The notes beneath the pieces are model-generated. The model was not told the DNA's origin, made no database searches, and saw only the letters and a program-made list of their open reading frames with translations. From positions 1,056,001 through 1,120,000 of the forward strand of contig CBDCSU010000004.1 in the NCBI GenBank assembly GCA_965221775.1: a DNA stretch of 64,000 nt, written 5' to 3'. This document shows, in pieces, positions 29,009-40,864 of the stretch. The stretch comes from Candidatus Latescibacterota bacterium (GTDB lineage Bacteria > Latescibacterota > UBA2968 > UBA8231). The position numbers and the translations under genes are program-made. How positions within the stretch are numbered: the first letter of the stretch is position 1; each line of letters opens with the position of its first letter.

Positions 29009-29790
29009 CGCGGGGACCCTACACTGCCCAGCTTCAGGCGGGGCTTGGGATGGTCGAGGAGACACGGGTTCTTCTGGGACTCTGGAAGCCGGGCATGAGT
29101 GCCACGAGCCTCAAAGTCATGGCTGTAGAATCCGGCGAGTTCCCCGGCATGTCTGCGCGCCGGGTGCGGAACCTAGTCGTGGAGTGCTTCGCGCCTCGCT
29201 TCCTGGCTGCGAACGGCCGCCTCGCGCTGTTCCTCAAGTCCCTCAAGGTGGCGTTGTCACCGAGAGAGCTCGAACAAATTCTGTTCGTCGCGGCATGTCG
29301 CGCGAACGCGATTCTTGCGGACTTCGTCCTGGAAGTCTACTGGCCCTCCTATGCCGCGGGCGCCACATCACTCGGGAACGAGCAAGCACAGGAGTTTGTT
29401 TCAGCGGCGTGTCAAGCTGGTGCAACGACAAGGCCATGGTCAGACTCCACGATACGGCACGTTGCCGCACGTCTGACCGGTGCGTGCGCGGACTTTGGGC
29501 TGCTGGAGCGAGGCCGCAAGACGGTGCGCGCTCTGCAACCCTTTCGTATGGAACCCCGTGCCGCTATCGCACTGGCGTACGAGCTGCATTTCTCCGGCCT
29601 GGGAGACAACGCCGTCGTCGGTCACACTGACTGGACGCTGTTCGGATTGGAGCGACCGGACGTGGTCGACATGATTCGCCGCCTGTCCCTGAAGGACGTC
29701 TTTGTGGTACAGACGGCTGGTGACGCCATCCGTATCGGATGGAGATACGGGGATCCAGAGGAACTGACGAGTGGCATCCCTGAGAGCTGA
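29005..29790 (+). CDS. brxA: BREX protein BrxA (DUF1819)
   Basis: YTAQL, ILADFVLEVYW, WSDST...DFGLL; position before brxB. Confidence 0.8.
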   Translation: MTRGPYTAQLQAGLGMVEETRVLLGLWKPGMSATSLKVMAVESGEFPGMSARRVRNLVVECFAPRFLAANGRLALFLKSLKVALSPRELEQILFVAACRANAILADFVLEVYWPSYAAGATSLGNEQAQEFVSAACQAGATTRPWSDSTIRHVAARLTGACADFGLLERGRKTVRALQPFRMEPRAAIALAYELHFSGLGDNAVVGHTDWTLFGLERPDVVDMIRRLSLKDVFVVQTAGDAIRIGWRYGDPEELTSGIPES

Positions 29791-30343
29791 CTTCCAGGAA
29801 TTGCTCGAACGGATCCGGCATGGCCGTGATCTGGGCCACGCAAGCTTCGAGCCCGTCTACTACCTCGTGTTCTCGCCAACCCAGATCATCGAGGTGAAGC
29901 GCTCGATGCCGGCTTGGCAAGCTCGCCTGTACCACGAGGGTTGGGAGGTACACACCTTCTCGATCTCCGAGCATGTTATGGACATCCTGACAACAGCCCC
30001 GGCCCGCAAGGTGTGGCTGGAGGCAGACCGAAGGGCGCCACAGAACTTCGACAGGACCAACGCAGCACTGGCGAATGCTCTATCCCAGGGCGCTCTCCAA
30101 GACCGTCTCCAGACGGCCTTGGCTGACTTAGACGGGCAGGAGAAGGCTCTCATGCTAGTGACCGATCTCGAGGCCCTTCACCCGTATATGCGAATCGGCG
30201 CTATCGAGAGCGCCCTGTACGGCAAGTTCACCGTGCCAACGGTCTTCCTGTATCCTGGGGAAAGAACCGGTAAAACACGCCTGAAGTTCCTCGGGTTCTA
30301 CCCGGAGGACGGGAACTACCGCTCCGTACACGTAGGCGGCTAA
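29771..30343 (+). CDS. brxB: BREX protein BrxB (DUF1788)
   Basis: TDLEALHPYMRIG, VFLYPG, LKFLGFYPEDGNYRS. Confidence 0.85.
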   Translation: MASLRADFQELLERIRHGRDLGHASFEPVYYLVFSPTQIIEVKRSMPAWQARLYHEGWEVHTFSISEHVMDILTTAPARKVWLEADRRAPQNFDRTNAALANALSQGALQDRLQTALADLDGQEKALMLVTDLEALHPYMRIGAIESALYGKFTVPTVFLYPGERTGKTRLKFLGFYPEDGNYRSVHVGG

Positions 30344-30362
30344 CGCAACAGAGGGCCCGACC

Positions 30363-33300
30363 ATGCAGATCAAGAACCTGTTCGATTCTTCGAGAGATAT
30401 CTACCGCTCGATCGAGAAGGTCATCACCTACAGTGCCGATCAAGAGGCGCGACTCAAGGCGGAGATCAGCGAGTACGTCGTCACCGAGAGCATCGAGGAG
30501 CAGTTCGAGACGCTCCTCACCCGCATGCAGGAGGCACTGGACGCTGGCGGTGAGAACGAGGTCGGTGTTTGGGTATCGGGCTTCTATGGCTCGGGCAAGA
30601 GCTCGTTCACCAAGTATGTGGGTCTGGCTCTGGACGAGAGCAAGACCATCGATGGAACACCATTCCTGAGGCACCTGCAGGACAGACTGAACCGGCCACA
30701 GACACGAGCCCTGCTGTCTACAGTGGCTAACCGGCATTCAGCAGCCGTGGTCATGTTGGATCTAGCCAGCTCCATGTTGACCGGTGCGACCATGGAGAGT
30801 GTGTCAACCGTTCTCTACTACAAGGTGCTGCAGTGGGCCGGATACTCACGGAACCTGAAGGTCGCCGCGTTCGAACGGAAGCTGAAGAAGGATGGCCGCT
30901 ACGACGAATTCAAGACTCGGATTGAGAGTGTCCTGGGTTCTCCGTGGGTTGAGGTGCAGAACGACCCCCTCGTTACCGACAGTCTGATTCCCGATCTGGC
31001 TCACAAATTCTACCCCGCTTTGTTCACCACCCCCGATGCGTTCCACACGGAGACGAGCGACATCGTCCAGTTTGAGGACGAGCGTGTCGAGGAGATGCTC
31101 AGCATCGTCCGTGAGACGACTGGTAAGGAGTTCGTTGTCTTTATCATCGACGAGGTCGGGCAGTATGTCGGTTCCCGGGACCATCTTATCCTGAACCTGG
31201 ACGGACTGGCGAAGAACCTGAAGGCCATCGGTGATGGGAAGGCATGGATCATCGGGACGGCGCAGCAGACGCTGACCGAAGACGATCCTCGTGCGGCGCT
31301 CAACTCGCCGGAGCTCTTCAAGCTGAGTGCACGGTTCCCCATCCAGATCGACCTCGAATCGAGCGACATCAAGGAAATCTGCTACCGGCGGCTTCTTGGC
31401 AAATCGCCGGAGGGCCAGACCACTCTTGAGGGCTTATTCGAGAAGCACGGGCAGGAGCTGCGGCACAACACGAAACTACAGGATGCCCGGTACTACGATG
31501 CCGAGTTTGGCAATGAGGCCTTCGTCAATCTCTACCCATTTCTTCCTGCTCACTTCGATATCTTGCTGCACCTTCTCGGGGCGCTGGCCAAGTCCACCGG
31601 GGGCATAGGCCTGCGTTCCGCCATCAAGGTGATCCAAGACATTCTCGTGGAAGGCCCGGATGATCAGGAGCCCGCGGCCGACCGGCCTGTGGGTTGGCTC
31701 GCCACGACCGTGACGCTGTACGATGCCCTTGAGAAGGACATCCGCAGGGCCTTCCCATCCATCCATCGCGCTGTTGGCAAGGTGGTGCTCCGCTTCCCCG
31801 ACTCACCGGTCCACTTGGATGTAGGGAAGACGGTTGCGGCGCTACAGATTCTGAGCAACATGCCGGTCACAACGCAGAACGTTGCGGCCCTCCTGCACCC
31901 CAGCACCGACGCTTCTTCTCAGCAGGAGACCGTCGAGACCACGGTCGCCGACCTTCTGAAGGATGCCCTCGTGCCGTTCGCAGAGCGGGACGGTAGCCTC
32001 CGCTTCCTCAGCGAGAAGTTGAACGACATCGAGCAGGAGCGAGGCCAGATTCCGTTGCGCAGCGTCGACACCCGTCACATCCAGAACGACGCTATTCGGG
32101 ACGTGTTCACGCCCCTCCCTTCTGCGAGACTCCACGGGACCTTGGCCGTAACCTCAGGGCTCAAAGCAATGGTGGGATCAATGGTGTCCCCGCAGGCCCG
32201 TGAGCGTGAGGCCATACAGACCATCGTACAGTTCGTTGGTGCCAGTGACTACGAAACGGCTCGTACTCGACTCCTCGAGGAGTCACGTCAACGAGCCTCA
32301 CGGAGCACGATCTACCTGCTGGGCCGAACAGCACCGGAGATCGAAGATCGGGTTGCCGAGATCTACCGGTGTCGCGAGATCTCGAAGCGCCACCAGAGCG
32401 ACGCGGATTTGGAGGTGAAGGAGTACTGCGCGGCCCAGGCCGATCGTGCGACGAGCCTCACGATCGAACTGCAGCATCAGCTCAAACGCAGCCTCGCACA
32501 GGGTTCCTTCTTGTTCCGAGGTCAGACCACGGCTGTAGCGAGTCTCGATCAGGATTTGTCCGCTGCGGCGAAGAGCTTCTTGGGGACGGCAGCTGAGCAG
32601 GTCTTCGACCGGTACGTCGAGGCGCCGGTTCGCGTAGAGACTGCGCTGGCAGAGAAGTTCCTGAGGGCCGGCAACCTCCAGTCCGTAAGTACGGAGATTG
32701 ACCCCCTACACCTCGTACAGATGACAGGTGGCACACCTAGGATCGGCACCGATCATCTGGCCATCAGCAGCATCCGGGACTACATCGATACACAGGGACA
32801 GGTGGATGGGAAGAGATTGATCGACCACTTCCAAAGCCCACCGTTTGGCTGGTCTCAGGACACGCTCCGCTATCTGGTCGCTGCTATGCTCTTGGCGAGC
32901 GAAGTCAAACTGAAAGTGTCCGGTCGAGAAGTATCCGTGAACGGGCAACCAGCCATCGACGCTCTGCGCACGAACAACGCATTCAAGAGCATTGGAGTCT
33001 CTCTGCGTGACGAGCGACCCTCAAACGAGGTCTTGGCACGCGCCGCCGGACGGCTCACGGAACTGGTTGGAGACACGGTGATCCCTTTGGAGGACGAGAT
33101 CAGCAAAGTCGCAGCCAAGCAGTTCACTCAGCTCCAGCACCAGCTTGGATCGCTCGATGGGAAGCTGGATGCCCTCGGCCTCCCAGGTGGTAGCGAGGTT
33201 CGCCACCTCACGGAGGATCTTTCGGAAATCCTCCTCACAGGTGCCTCTGATGCTCCGCAACGGCTTGGGAGTCCCGAGTCCTCGCTCTTTGACGGTCTCA

Positions 33301-33983
33301 CGTGGGCGATCGCGGTCGAGCGCGCACTTAGCAACGGGCTGGAGCCGACCATACGCGACCTGCAGGAACACCGCAAGGCCATAGAGGCCCTGCCAAACAC
33401 GCCGGTGCCAAGGGCCCTGCTGCAAGACGTGTCGGAGGAACTCGTTCGGGTGAAAGCACGACTGGCGCAGACGAACTTCCATGAGAGCGCCGCAGACTTG
33501 AGCAGCGCATTGACAGCGATCAAATCCCGCACGCGGTCTGCGGCGATTGAGCTGGCGACAGAGCAACGCGAAGTCCTGAAGAAGGCAGGAGAAGAGTTGC
33601 GTCAGTTGCCGCAGTGGGAAGAGCTGACACAGGAGGAGCAGTCGGATGTCCTGGGGCAGGTGGAGGGGATTCCTGTAGAAGCCGACGAGGATCTCGCAGG
33701 CATTACGAAGCTCCTAGGGGACTCCTTGGTAATTCGGTCGCAAATCGACGAAGTCCGTGGGGGGATTCTGAGGACCGCTGAGGAGAGGCGACTGTCTCGA
33801 ATCCAAGAGGAGCGAGAGAAGGCCAAAAGGGACGGCAAGACGAAGCTCGAACGCAGGATCCGCGTGCCTTCGGCCATCACGAGCGAGTCGGACCTAGATG
33901 AGTTGATCGACAGCCTCCGGCAGCTGAAGGAAGAGCTCTCCGTGTACGATGAGATCGAGGTAGCCTTCGAGATTGGGAACTGA
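30363..33983 (+). CDS. brxC: BREX P-loop ATPase BrxC
   Basis: 1206 aa; EYVVT, VWVSGFYGSGKSSF (Walker A), IIDEVGQY (Walker B), YPFLP, PPFGW. Confidence 0.92.
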   Translation: MQIKNLFDSSRDIYRSIEKVITYSADQEARLKAEISEYVVTESIEEQFETLLTRMQEALDAGGENEVGVWVSGFYGSGKSSFTKYVGLALDESKTIDGTPFLRHLQDRLNRPQTRALLSTVANRHSAAVVMLDLASSMLTGATMESVSTVLYYKVLQWAGYSRNLKVAAFERKLKKDGRYDEFKTRIESVLGSPWVEVQNDPLVTDSLIPDLAHKFYPALFTTPDAFHTETSDIVQFEDERVEEMLSIVRETTGKEFVVFIIDEVGQYVGSRDHLILNLDGLAKNLKAIGDGKAWIIGTAQQTLTEDDPRAALNSPELFKLSARFPIQIDLESSDIKEICYRRLLGKSPEGQTTLEGLFEKHGQELRHNTKLQDARYYDAEFGNEAFVNLYPFLPAHFDILLHLLGALAKSTGGIGLRSAIKVIQDILVEGPDDQEPAADRPVGWLATTVTLYDALEKDIRRAFPSIHRAVGKVVLRFPDSPVHLDVGKTVAALQILSNMPVTTQNVAALLHPSTDASSQQETVETTVADLLKDALVPFAERDGSLRFLSEKLNDIEQERGQIPLRSVDTRHIQNDAIRDVFTPLPSARLHGTLAVTSGLKAMVGSMVSPQAREREAIQTIVQFVGASDYETARTRLLEESRQRASRSTIYLLGRTAPEIEDRVAEIYRCREISKRHQSDADLEVKEYCAAQADRATSLTIELQHQLKRSLAQGSFLFRGQTTAVASLDQDLSAAAKSFLGTAAEQVFDRYVEAPVRVETALAEKFLRAGNLQSVSTEIDPLHLVQMTGGTPRIGTDHLAISSIRDYIDTQGQVDGKRLIDHFQSPPFGWSQDTLRYLVAAMLLASEVKLKVSGREVSVNGQPAIDALRTNNAFKSIGVSLRDERPSNEVLARAAGRLTELVGDTVIPLEDEISKVAAKQFTQLQHQLGSLDGKLDALGLPGGSEVRHLTEDLSEILLTGASDAPQRLGSPESSLFDGLTWAIAVERALSNGLEPTIRDLQEHRKAIEALPNTPVPRALLQDVSEELVRVKARLAQTNFHESAADLSSALTAIKSRTRSAAIELATEQREVLKKAGEELRQLPQWEELTQEEQSDVLGQVEGIPVEADEDLAGITKLLGDSLVIRSQIDEVRGGILRTAEERRLSRIQEEREKAKRDGKTKLERRIRVPSAITSESDLDELIDSLRQLKEELSVYDEIEVAFEIGN

Positions 33984-33991
33984 GCGAAGAT

Positions 33992-36900
33992 ATGGGCTTC
34001 GATCAGTCGACTCGAAACCGGCTGGCGCGCTTCGTCGCCAAGACGCGCTCATTGCTGGCCGAGGAGTTCACCCGCCAGCTACAGAGCGACTTTGGGATGG
34101 ATCCCGGAAGCGGCGACGTGGCAGAGCTCGATCGGCTCGGCAACTTGAATGACGCTGATCGAGAGACGGCACTTCTTCTGCGGGAAACGCTGCATCACTA
34201 CGCTCCTCAGGCTGACACAGGCACCCCGGCCAAGGCGAAGAAGGCGCGGCAGGACGCTCTTGAGCGTATCGTCCGGGAACAGGCATTCACAATTCTCAAT
34301 CGCTTGTGTGCCCTGAGGATGTCCGAGGCGCGCGGCCTCCTGATCGAATCGATTGCCAAGGGCCATCGGTCGCAGGGATTCCAGCTGTACCAGCGCCTTG
34401 CCGGCACGGCGCTCGGAGAAACGGGGTCGTGCTATCGGACATTCCTGAACAGCATCTCAGATGAGTTCGCCGAAGACCTGGGCATACTCTTTGACCGCTT
34501 CAGTCCGATGGGACGCCTATTCCCGAAGGAAGGGTGCCTCCAGTTGCTGCTTGATGAGATCGACCATCCCGACCTGGAAGCACTGTGGGCGGAGGATGAG
34601 ACGATCGGTTGGATCTACCAGTACTATAACGACCCCGACGAGCGGAGGCAGATGCGGAAGGCCAGGGGCCCCCGAAGCTCACGGGAATTGGCTGTACGCA
34701 ACCAGTTTTTTACCCCACGGTATGTTGTCGAGTTTCTGACGGACAACACGCTTGGCCGAATGTGGTACGAGATGAACCGCGGGCAGACCTGCCTGACTAA
34801 GCAGTGTCGCTACCTGGCTCGTCGACCAGTAGAGGTGTTCCTGGAGGACGGTGAGAAGGCAACTGAGATCGCAGAGCGGGCGAAGAGGGATGTTGCGCCC
34901 GACTACATCCCGTACCGCGCCTGCAAAGACCCCCGAGAGATGCGTCTTCTTGATCCCGCCTGCGGATCTATGCACTTCGGTCTGTACGCTTTTGACTTAT
35001 TCGAGGCGATCTACGAGGAGGCCTGGGAAAGAGAGTGCGGAGCCGGGCTTCGGAAGGAGTTCTCAACCAAGGCAGACTACCTGAAGGCCGTACCGCGTCT
35101 GATTATCCAGCATAACATCCACGGAATTGACATCGACTCTCGAGCAGTACAGATCGCTGGCCTGTCGCTCTGGCTGCGAGCTCACAGGACTTGGCAGGAG
35201 CAAGGCCTGAAGGCCGTTGAACGTCCAGCGATTTCCCGATCGAACATCGTCTGTGCTGAAGGCATGCCCGGTGACGAGGGCCTGCTGAACGAGTTCATAG
35301 CCACACTAAATCCGGTCATTCTAGGCGAACTTGTGAGAACTGTCTTTGAGAAGATGCAGTGCAGGCGAATCTGGCTCCCTTCTCAGGATAGATGAAGAGA
35401 TCCGTACGGCTATTGATGCCGCTCGAGATGAGTGGAGTAGGTTCCACCGGAGGCCACAGGAGCTCTTCTCTGCCGAGGAGTTGAATCGAGTGACAATCCA
35501 GTCGCAGATGCCTCTCCGGAACAGGACGTTTAGGATCGATGACGCGGGGCTACAGGCCAGCTTCTGGAAGACCGCTGAGAAGCAGGTTCTCGACAGCCTT
35601 CGCATCTACGCTGAAAAGGCGGACGCTGACACCTATCGGCGCCGACTATTCTCCGAGGACGCAGTGCGTGGGTTTGCCTTCGTCGACCTGTGTCTCAAGA
35701 GATACGACATCGTCGTAATGAACCCTCCGTTTGGGGAACTGCCGTTGTCCACAAAGTCAGCTCTGGAAGCCTTATACAGCGAGTCCAAGTCGGATATCTG
35801 TGGGATGTTCGTCCTGAGGGCACTTCACTGGTGTTGTGAGGGGGGGCTGACAGGATCTATTACAAACAGAACTCCATTCTTTCTGGCTGGGCATGAGAAG
35901 TGGCGTGCCCGTATCCTGCGCGAATACTCCGTTCTGCAGTTTGCCGACCTCGGAGACAAAGTCCTAGACGCACTTGTGGAGACAGCATCATACGTCATCG
36001 GATCCTCTGGGCCCGTCGTGCGCCAAGCTGATTTCTACCGACTCGTGAAGGTTGCGGAGAAGGAGCAAGCCCTTCAGGGAGCGATTGCTGCGGGTGCCCA
36101 AGGTCACAGACAGGCCAATGCGTACCGGCTGGCTTCCGCGGAAATCCAGAGTATTCCTGCCTATCGGTTCTCATTCTGGCTTCCCGAGGCGATCCGGATG
36201 TCGTTCGATGCGTATGAGGCGATCGCAGAGATGGGCGTTTCAGTGGACGTGGGAATCTCGACCAAGGACGACTTCCGCTTCGTGAGAACCCTCTGGGAGG
36301 TGGAGGACGAATCGATCGTGGTGGAGATGGCTAGGGCCAGGAGGGAACATCGATGGATGCCCTTCGCCAAGGGTGGTGAGTACTCACCGTACTACGGCGA
36401 CATTCACCTCGTTGTGAACTGGGCAGACTCTGGGGCGGAAATCTCAGCTCTTGTCACTCAGCGCTATCCGTACCTGAAGGGCAATGCCTCATGGGTGCTG
36501 CATCCCGAATCGCACTACACCGAGCCAGGTCTGACCTACTCTAGACGTACAACAAGCGCGTTTGGTCCGAGGCTCTTGCCCGAAGGCTGCATATTCAACG
36601 ACCAAGGCATTGGCATCTTCACCCCAGAGGCTTCAGACCGATTTGGACTCCTCGCCCTCCTGATGTCGCGTTGCGCAGCGTACTTCATGGAGCTCTCCAT
36701 GGCGTCTGCCGATGCGGTTTCTTCTGGTAGTCCCGCTAGGCAGTACGAAACGAGCGTGGTGGGCAACTTGCCGTCACCGCTGTCACTGAGCGAGTTGACT
36801 GCGGAGCTCGGCGAACGGATGGAGTCTGTCACCAATAGGATGATAGAGCTATCCGCCGTTGAGGAACCGTCGATGTTCTTCGTCAGCCCGCTCTCGGGTG

Positions 36901-38342
36901 GTGTTGAGTGCTCATTGAGGGCAACCTTTGAGCGTGCAGCTAGACGCAGGCTCTCGTCTTTGGTGTCGGCCATCGAGGATTCTCATGAATCCGAGGTGAG
37001 GATCCGGGAGGCCTTTGGGTTCGAGGCGCTTGACTGTGTTGAGATCGACGCCGAGGTCGGCAGCCACCCCGGCGCTCTTCCACGCACCACTGGCCTCATG
37101 GTTTCCCAAGCAGAAGCGTGGTACCAGAAGGATGAGAAGGCACTAATCGATGCGGTAAGAAGGAAGCTTGGGGCAAATAGAAGCATCTCCAAGAAGGCAT
37201 TCATAGCAGATCGTCGTCTTGAGCTCATTTCGGCGATGGAAGGGTGTCATCCGAGCAAAGTGGTCGACGCTCTAACAAATTCTGAAGTCCTGTGGAAGGA
37301 GGAGGGAGCTGGGTTTGCCAAGGACGTGATGTCCTATCTCTTTGGCGTGGCGATGGGCAGGTGGGACGTGAGGCGGAGCTCGCTTAGCCTCGCCGATATG
37401 GGCATCAGTGCTGGGAGTCCTGCACTACCGGCGCCTCCAGGCATGCTACCACCTACTTGTAGAGCGGAGCTACCCCGAGATTACCCCGTGGATGTCCCAG
37501 CACGGGGCGTGTTGGTGGACGACGAGTCTCACGAGGATGACATCGTCAGGCATGTCCGAGAGGCCTTGTCAGCAATCTGGCAAGATGATTCGGAAGCGGT
37601 GGAGGAGGAGATCTGTCAAGTCCTCGGTATCGCCTCCTTGCGTGACTACTTCGCGGCACCAACTGGGTTCTTTGGGGATCATCTACGCAGATACTCCAGG
37701 TCCCGTCGTCAGGCGCCTATTTACTGGCCACTTTCCTCACCCTCGGGCATGTACACAGTCTGGCTCTACTACCATCGACTCACGGGAGAAACCCTCTACA
37801 CGTGTGTGAATGACTTCATAGAGCCAAGGATAGCAAGGGTAGAGGGAGAGATCGGTGACCTGCGGAGCAAGCAAACTCGCCTTCCAGCCCAAGAGAGGGA
37901 GCTTGAACGACAGTGTGAGCTTGAGGAGGAGCTGAGAAATCTGAGCGACGAGGTCTTGCGCATAGCGGAGGTCTGGCGGCCCGACCTCAACGACGGGGTC
38001 GTGATCAACGCGGCGCCGCTGTGGCGGCTCTTCCGACTCAGCACGTGGCGGAAGCGACTGATCGACACATGGGAGAAACTGCAGGCCGGAGAGTTCGACT
38101 GGACACATCTCGCCGCTTCCATGTGGCCAGAGCGTGTTGTTCGCTCTTGCCATCAGCAGCGCAGCTATGCGATTTCACACGATCTGGAGGATCGGCTGTG
38201 GCAGCTCGTAGAGACCGGTGAGGACCGTGAGGGAGACGCGAGGCTTGAGTGGAGACCCAGGACTGTCTCGGAGCGAGAGCTGAGCGAACTGGTCTCCAAG
38301 ATCCAGGGCCGCCACGGAGCCGGCCGGGTACGGTCGGGATGA
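33992..38342 (+). CDS. pglX: BREX adenine-specific DNA methyltransferase PglX/BrxX, split by a frameshift at ~35360
   Basis: IGWIYQYY, QFFTPRYVV, LDPACGSMHF in the first frame; GSLL, VVMNPPF, FAKGG, PIYWPL, DLNDGVVIN in the second frame. Confidence 0.9.
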
Positions 38343-40861
38343 AGCTCAGTCGATTCATCCAGGAACACATCGTGCTCCCCCGCCTCAAGAGGGAGGGGGT
38401 TCTGGTCGTGTATGATCCGCAACTACGATATCGTGATCTGTGTCTGGAACTCGCTGATGAGTCTCTGTGCATTGTGGATGCCACAGAGAGCAGCATCGTG
38501 AGTCGCGATCTCGCCTTGGCTACACTAGAGGCTTTCGGGCAGCCCAATAGCGACTTGGGGGGGATTCTCATCTATGTGCCGACCAAGGCACCACTCACTG
38601 AGGAGGAGAAGCAGCGGGATCCGTTCTCTTTGTATGGCATCTGCGGCACCGTTTTTCCCGAGGGAGATGCCGACGAGTACGTGACGCTGTGCCTACGGGC
38701 CAAGCCCGACCACCAGACCCAGATCCGGCGGATCTTTGCGGACGATCCCAACCCGAGCTTCGATGTGATCGACGCCGTGGGTGGCACCGGAGACTGGCCA
38801 ACTCTTCAGGCGGTGCTGGGCGAAGATTCGGCGGGAAGCATCCTGCTGGCTTTGCTGGCGCCTACAGATGCCCAGACCGCAGCACTGAAAGCGAACGCCG
38901 CTTGGGTGACAGAGGCGAAGGGTCTACTCATTGGCACCTTGGGTCTGCAGCTAAAGACCCGAAGCAAGAACTGGTCGCCCGTCGCAGATGAACTGTGGCG
39001 GTTCCTGCTGTTCAGTGAGTTTGCCTTCGACCTACCCGGGGAGATCCCGGAGGAGTTGGCGATGGTGTCATGTGCCTCTCCGGAGGCGAGGCCCCTCGTG
39101 GAACACCTCTGTGACCGGCTGAGAGGATACGAGGTCACGAAAGGGCTCTATGTCAAAAGAGCAGAGGATGTTGAGAGTGAACTGAACCTGAGAGAGGTAT
39201 GCAGCGAGATTGACGACCTCGGCGGGCGGGACACCTTTCCGTTTGAGGAACGCTCATTCTTCCATCAGGCTGTGTCGGCCCTGAAGCACGACGATGTCGA
39301 TGCCCAGCGAAAGCTCCTGGATCGGCACAGGGGGTCCGTTTGGGTTGCCCGTGGCGAGAACCAGTCCCAGTGGCAGCTCGTGGAAGCCGCCGCGAGCCTC
39401 ATGCAGGCCTGCGAAGATGCTGAGCGCGAGCTGCCTGCCCATGCTCGCAGTCAAGAGGCACTCATTGACTTCTATACGGCGAACCTGCGGAAGGTCGATC
39501 GTCTGCAGCGAGAATTCGAGGAGGCAGACCGCGACCTGCTCAGCAAGGAACACGGGGTCGAAGACATAGGACCACTGGCACGGCTCGCCTATCGCAGACT
39601 CGTGGACAAGATACAGGACCTGTTTGTGCGGCACCTGGAGAGCGCCGGATGGCCCCCCGCTGGACGGCTGGCCAATGCGGACGTGTTTGACAGGGTTGTT
39701 GCTCCGAAGCTGCAAGAGAGCGGCCGCCGCGTCGCCGTCCTGCTCATCGATGCGCTACGTTACGAGCTTGGCGTCGAGCTGCACAAGCAGCTTGCTGATG
39801 ATGGCCGAGTGGAGCTGCAAGCGGCCTTCGCGCAGTTGCCGAGTGTCACTCCGGTGGGTATGGCCAGCCTGCTTCCAGGAGCAGGAAGTGGCCTGCAGCT
39901 GCTGCACAGCCATGGAAAGATGGTTGTATCCCTCGACGGGCAGTCTCTGCCGCAAGTAACTCAGCGAATGGATGTCCTGCGAAAGCGGTATGGTGATCGC
40001 TTCTCCGAGCAGGCACTGTCCGACTTCATCCGACCCAAGGCGAAGGTCGGTGGCGATGTGGAGCTGCTCGTCCTGCGAAGCACGGCGATCGATCAGCACA
40101 TGGAGTCGACGCCAGACATGGCGCCACGTCTTCTCCACCGGTCCCTCAAGACGATCCGTGTCGCGATCCACAAGCTGCGCAAGGAGGGGTTCCAGGACGC
40201 GATTGTCGTCACTGATCACGGCTTCTGCTTGAACACGGCCGCTGAGGCGGGGGACGTGTGCGGCAAACCGAGCGGAGACTGGCTCGACCTTCACGCCCGA
40301 CTGCTGCTCGGAAGCGGCGTGGCAGACTCTGCAAACCTCGTGATGCCTGCAGAGCATCTGGGTATTCGCGGGGACTTCAGGCATGTTGCCGTCCCGAGGG
40401 CAATGGTGCCCTACCGTGCCGGGCAGTGGTATTTCCACGGTGGTGCGTCGCTTCAGGAGGCCGTCGTTCCGGTGATCGAGATGCGCCTGGAGGTCCTGGA
40501 AGAGCAGGCTGCCATGCAGCCCTCGATGACGCTGAGCTACAAGCGTGGAGGAAGCAAGATCACGACAAGGCTCCCTGTCGTGGAGCTGGCCGTGGGACTG
40601 GGTGATCTGTTCGGCAGGGGTCAGGACTTCGAGGTCCTCATTGAGGCGCACGATAGACAGGGGAAGGTCGTTGGGGAGGCTAAGCCTGGGGGAAAGGTGA
40701 ACCCGGCGACGATGACACTGTCTGTGCGGGCCGGAGAGACGTTATCGGTTGTACTGCGGATGGACCTCGAGTTTGAGGGGAAGTTCACAGTCAAGGCAAT
40801 GGATCCTGGGACACTCACGACCTTCAGCAATCTTAGCCTGGAAACGGATTATACGGTGTAA
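38339..40861 (+). CDS. pglZ: BREX PglZ/BrxZ alkaline-phosphatase-fold protein
   Basis: LIDALRYE, LPSVT.VGMA, VTDHG, YFHGGASLQE; ATGA overlap with pglX. Confidence 0.9.
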   Translation: MKLSRFIQEHIVLPRLKREGVLVVYDPQLRYRDLCLELADESLCIVDATESSIVSRDLALATLEAFGQPNSDLGGILIYVPTKAPLTEEEKQRDPFSLYGICGTVFPEGDADEYVTLCLRAKPDHQTQIRRIFADDPNPSFDVIDAVGGTGDWPTLQAVLGEDSAGSILLALLAPTDAQTAALKANAAWVTEAKGLLIGTLGLQLKTRSKNWSPVADELWRFLLFSEFAFDLPGEIPEELAMVSCASPEARPLVEHLCDRLRGYEVTKGLYVKRAEDVESELNLREVCSEIDDLGGRDTFPFEERSFFHQAVSALKHDDVDAQRKLLDRHRGSVWVARGENQSQWQLVEAAASLMQACEDAERELPAHARSQEALIDFYTANLRKVDRLQREFEEADRDLLSKEHGVEDIGPLARLAYRRLVDKIQDLFVRHLESAGWPPAGRLANADVFDRVVAPKLQESGRRVAVLLIDALRYELGVELHKQLADDGRVELQAAFAQLPSVTPVGMASLLPGAGSGLQLLHSHGKMVVSLDGQSLPQVTQRMDVLRKRYGDRFSEQALSDFIRPKAKVGGDVELLVLRSTAIDQHMESTPDMAPRLLHRSLKTIRVAIHKLRKEGFQDAIVVTDHGFCLNTAAEAGDVCGKPSGDWLDLHARLLLGSGVADSANLVMPAEHLGIRGDFRHVAVPRAMVPYRAGQWYFHGGASLQEAVVPVIEMRLEVLEEQAAMQPSMTLSYKRGGSKITTRLPVVELAVGLGDLFGRGQDFEVLIEAHDRQGKVVGEAKPGGKVNPATMTLSVRAGETLSVVLRMDLEFEGKFTVKAMDPGTLTTFSNLSLETDYTV

Positions 40862-40864
40862 CCG

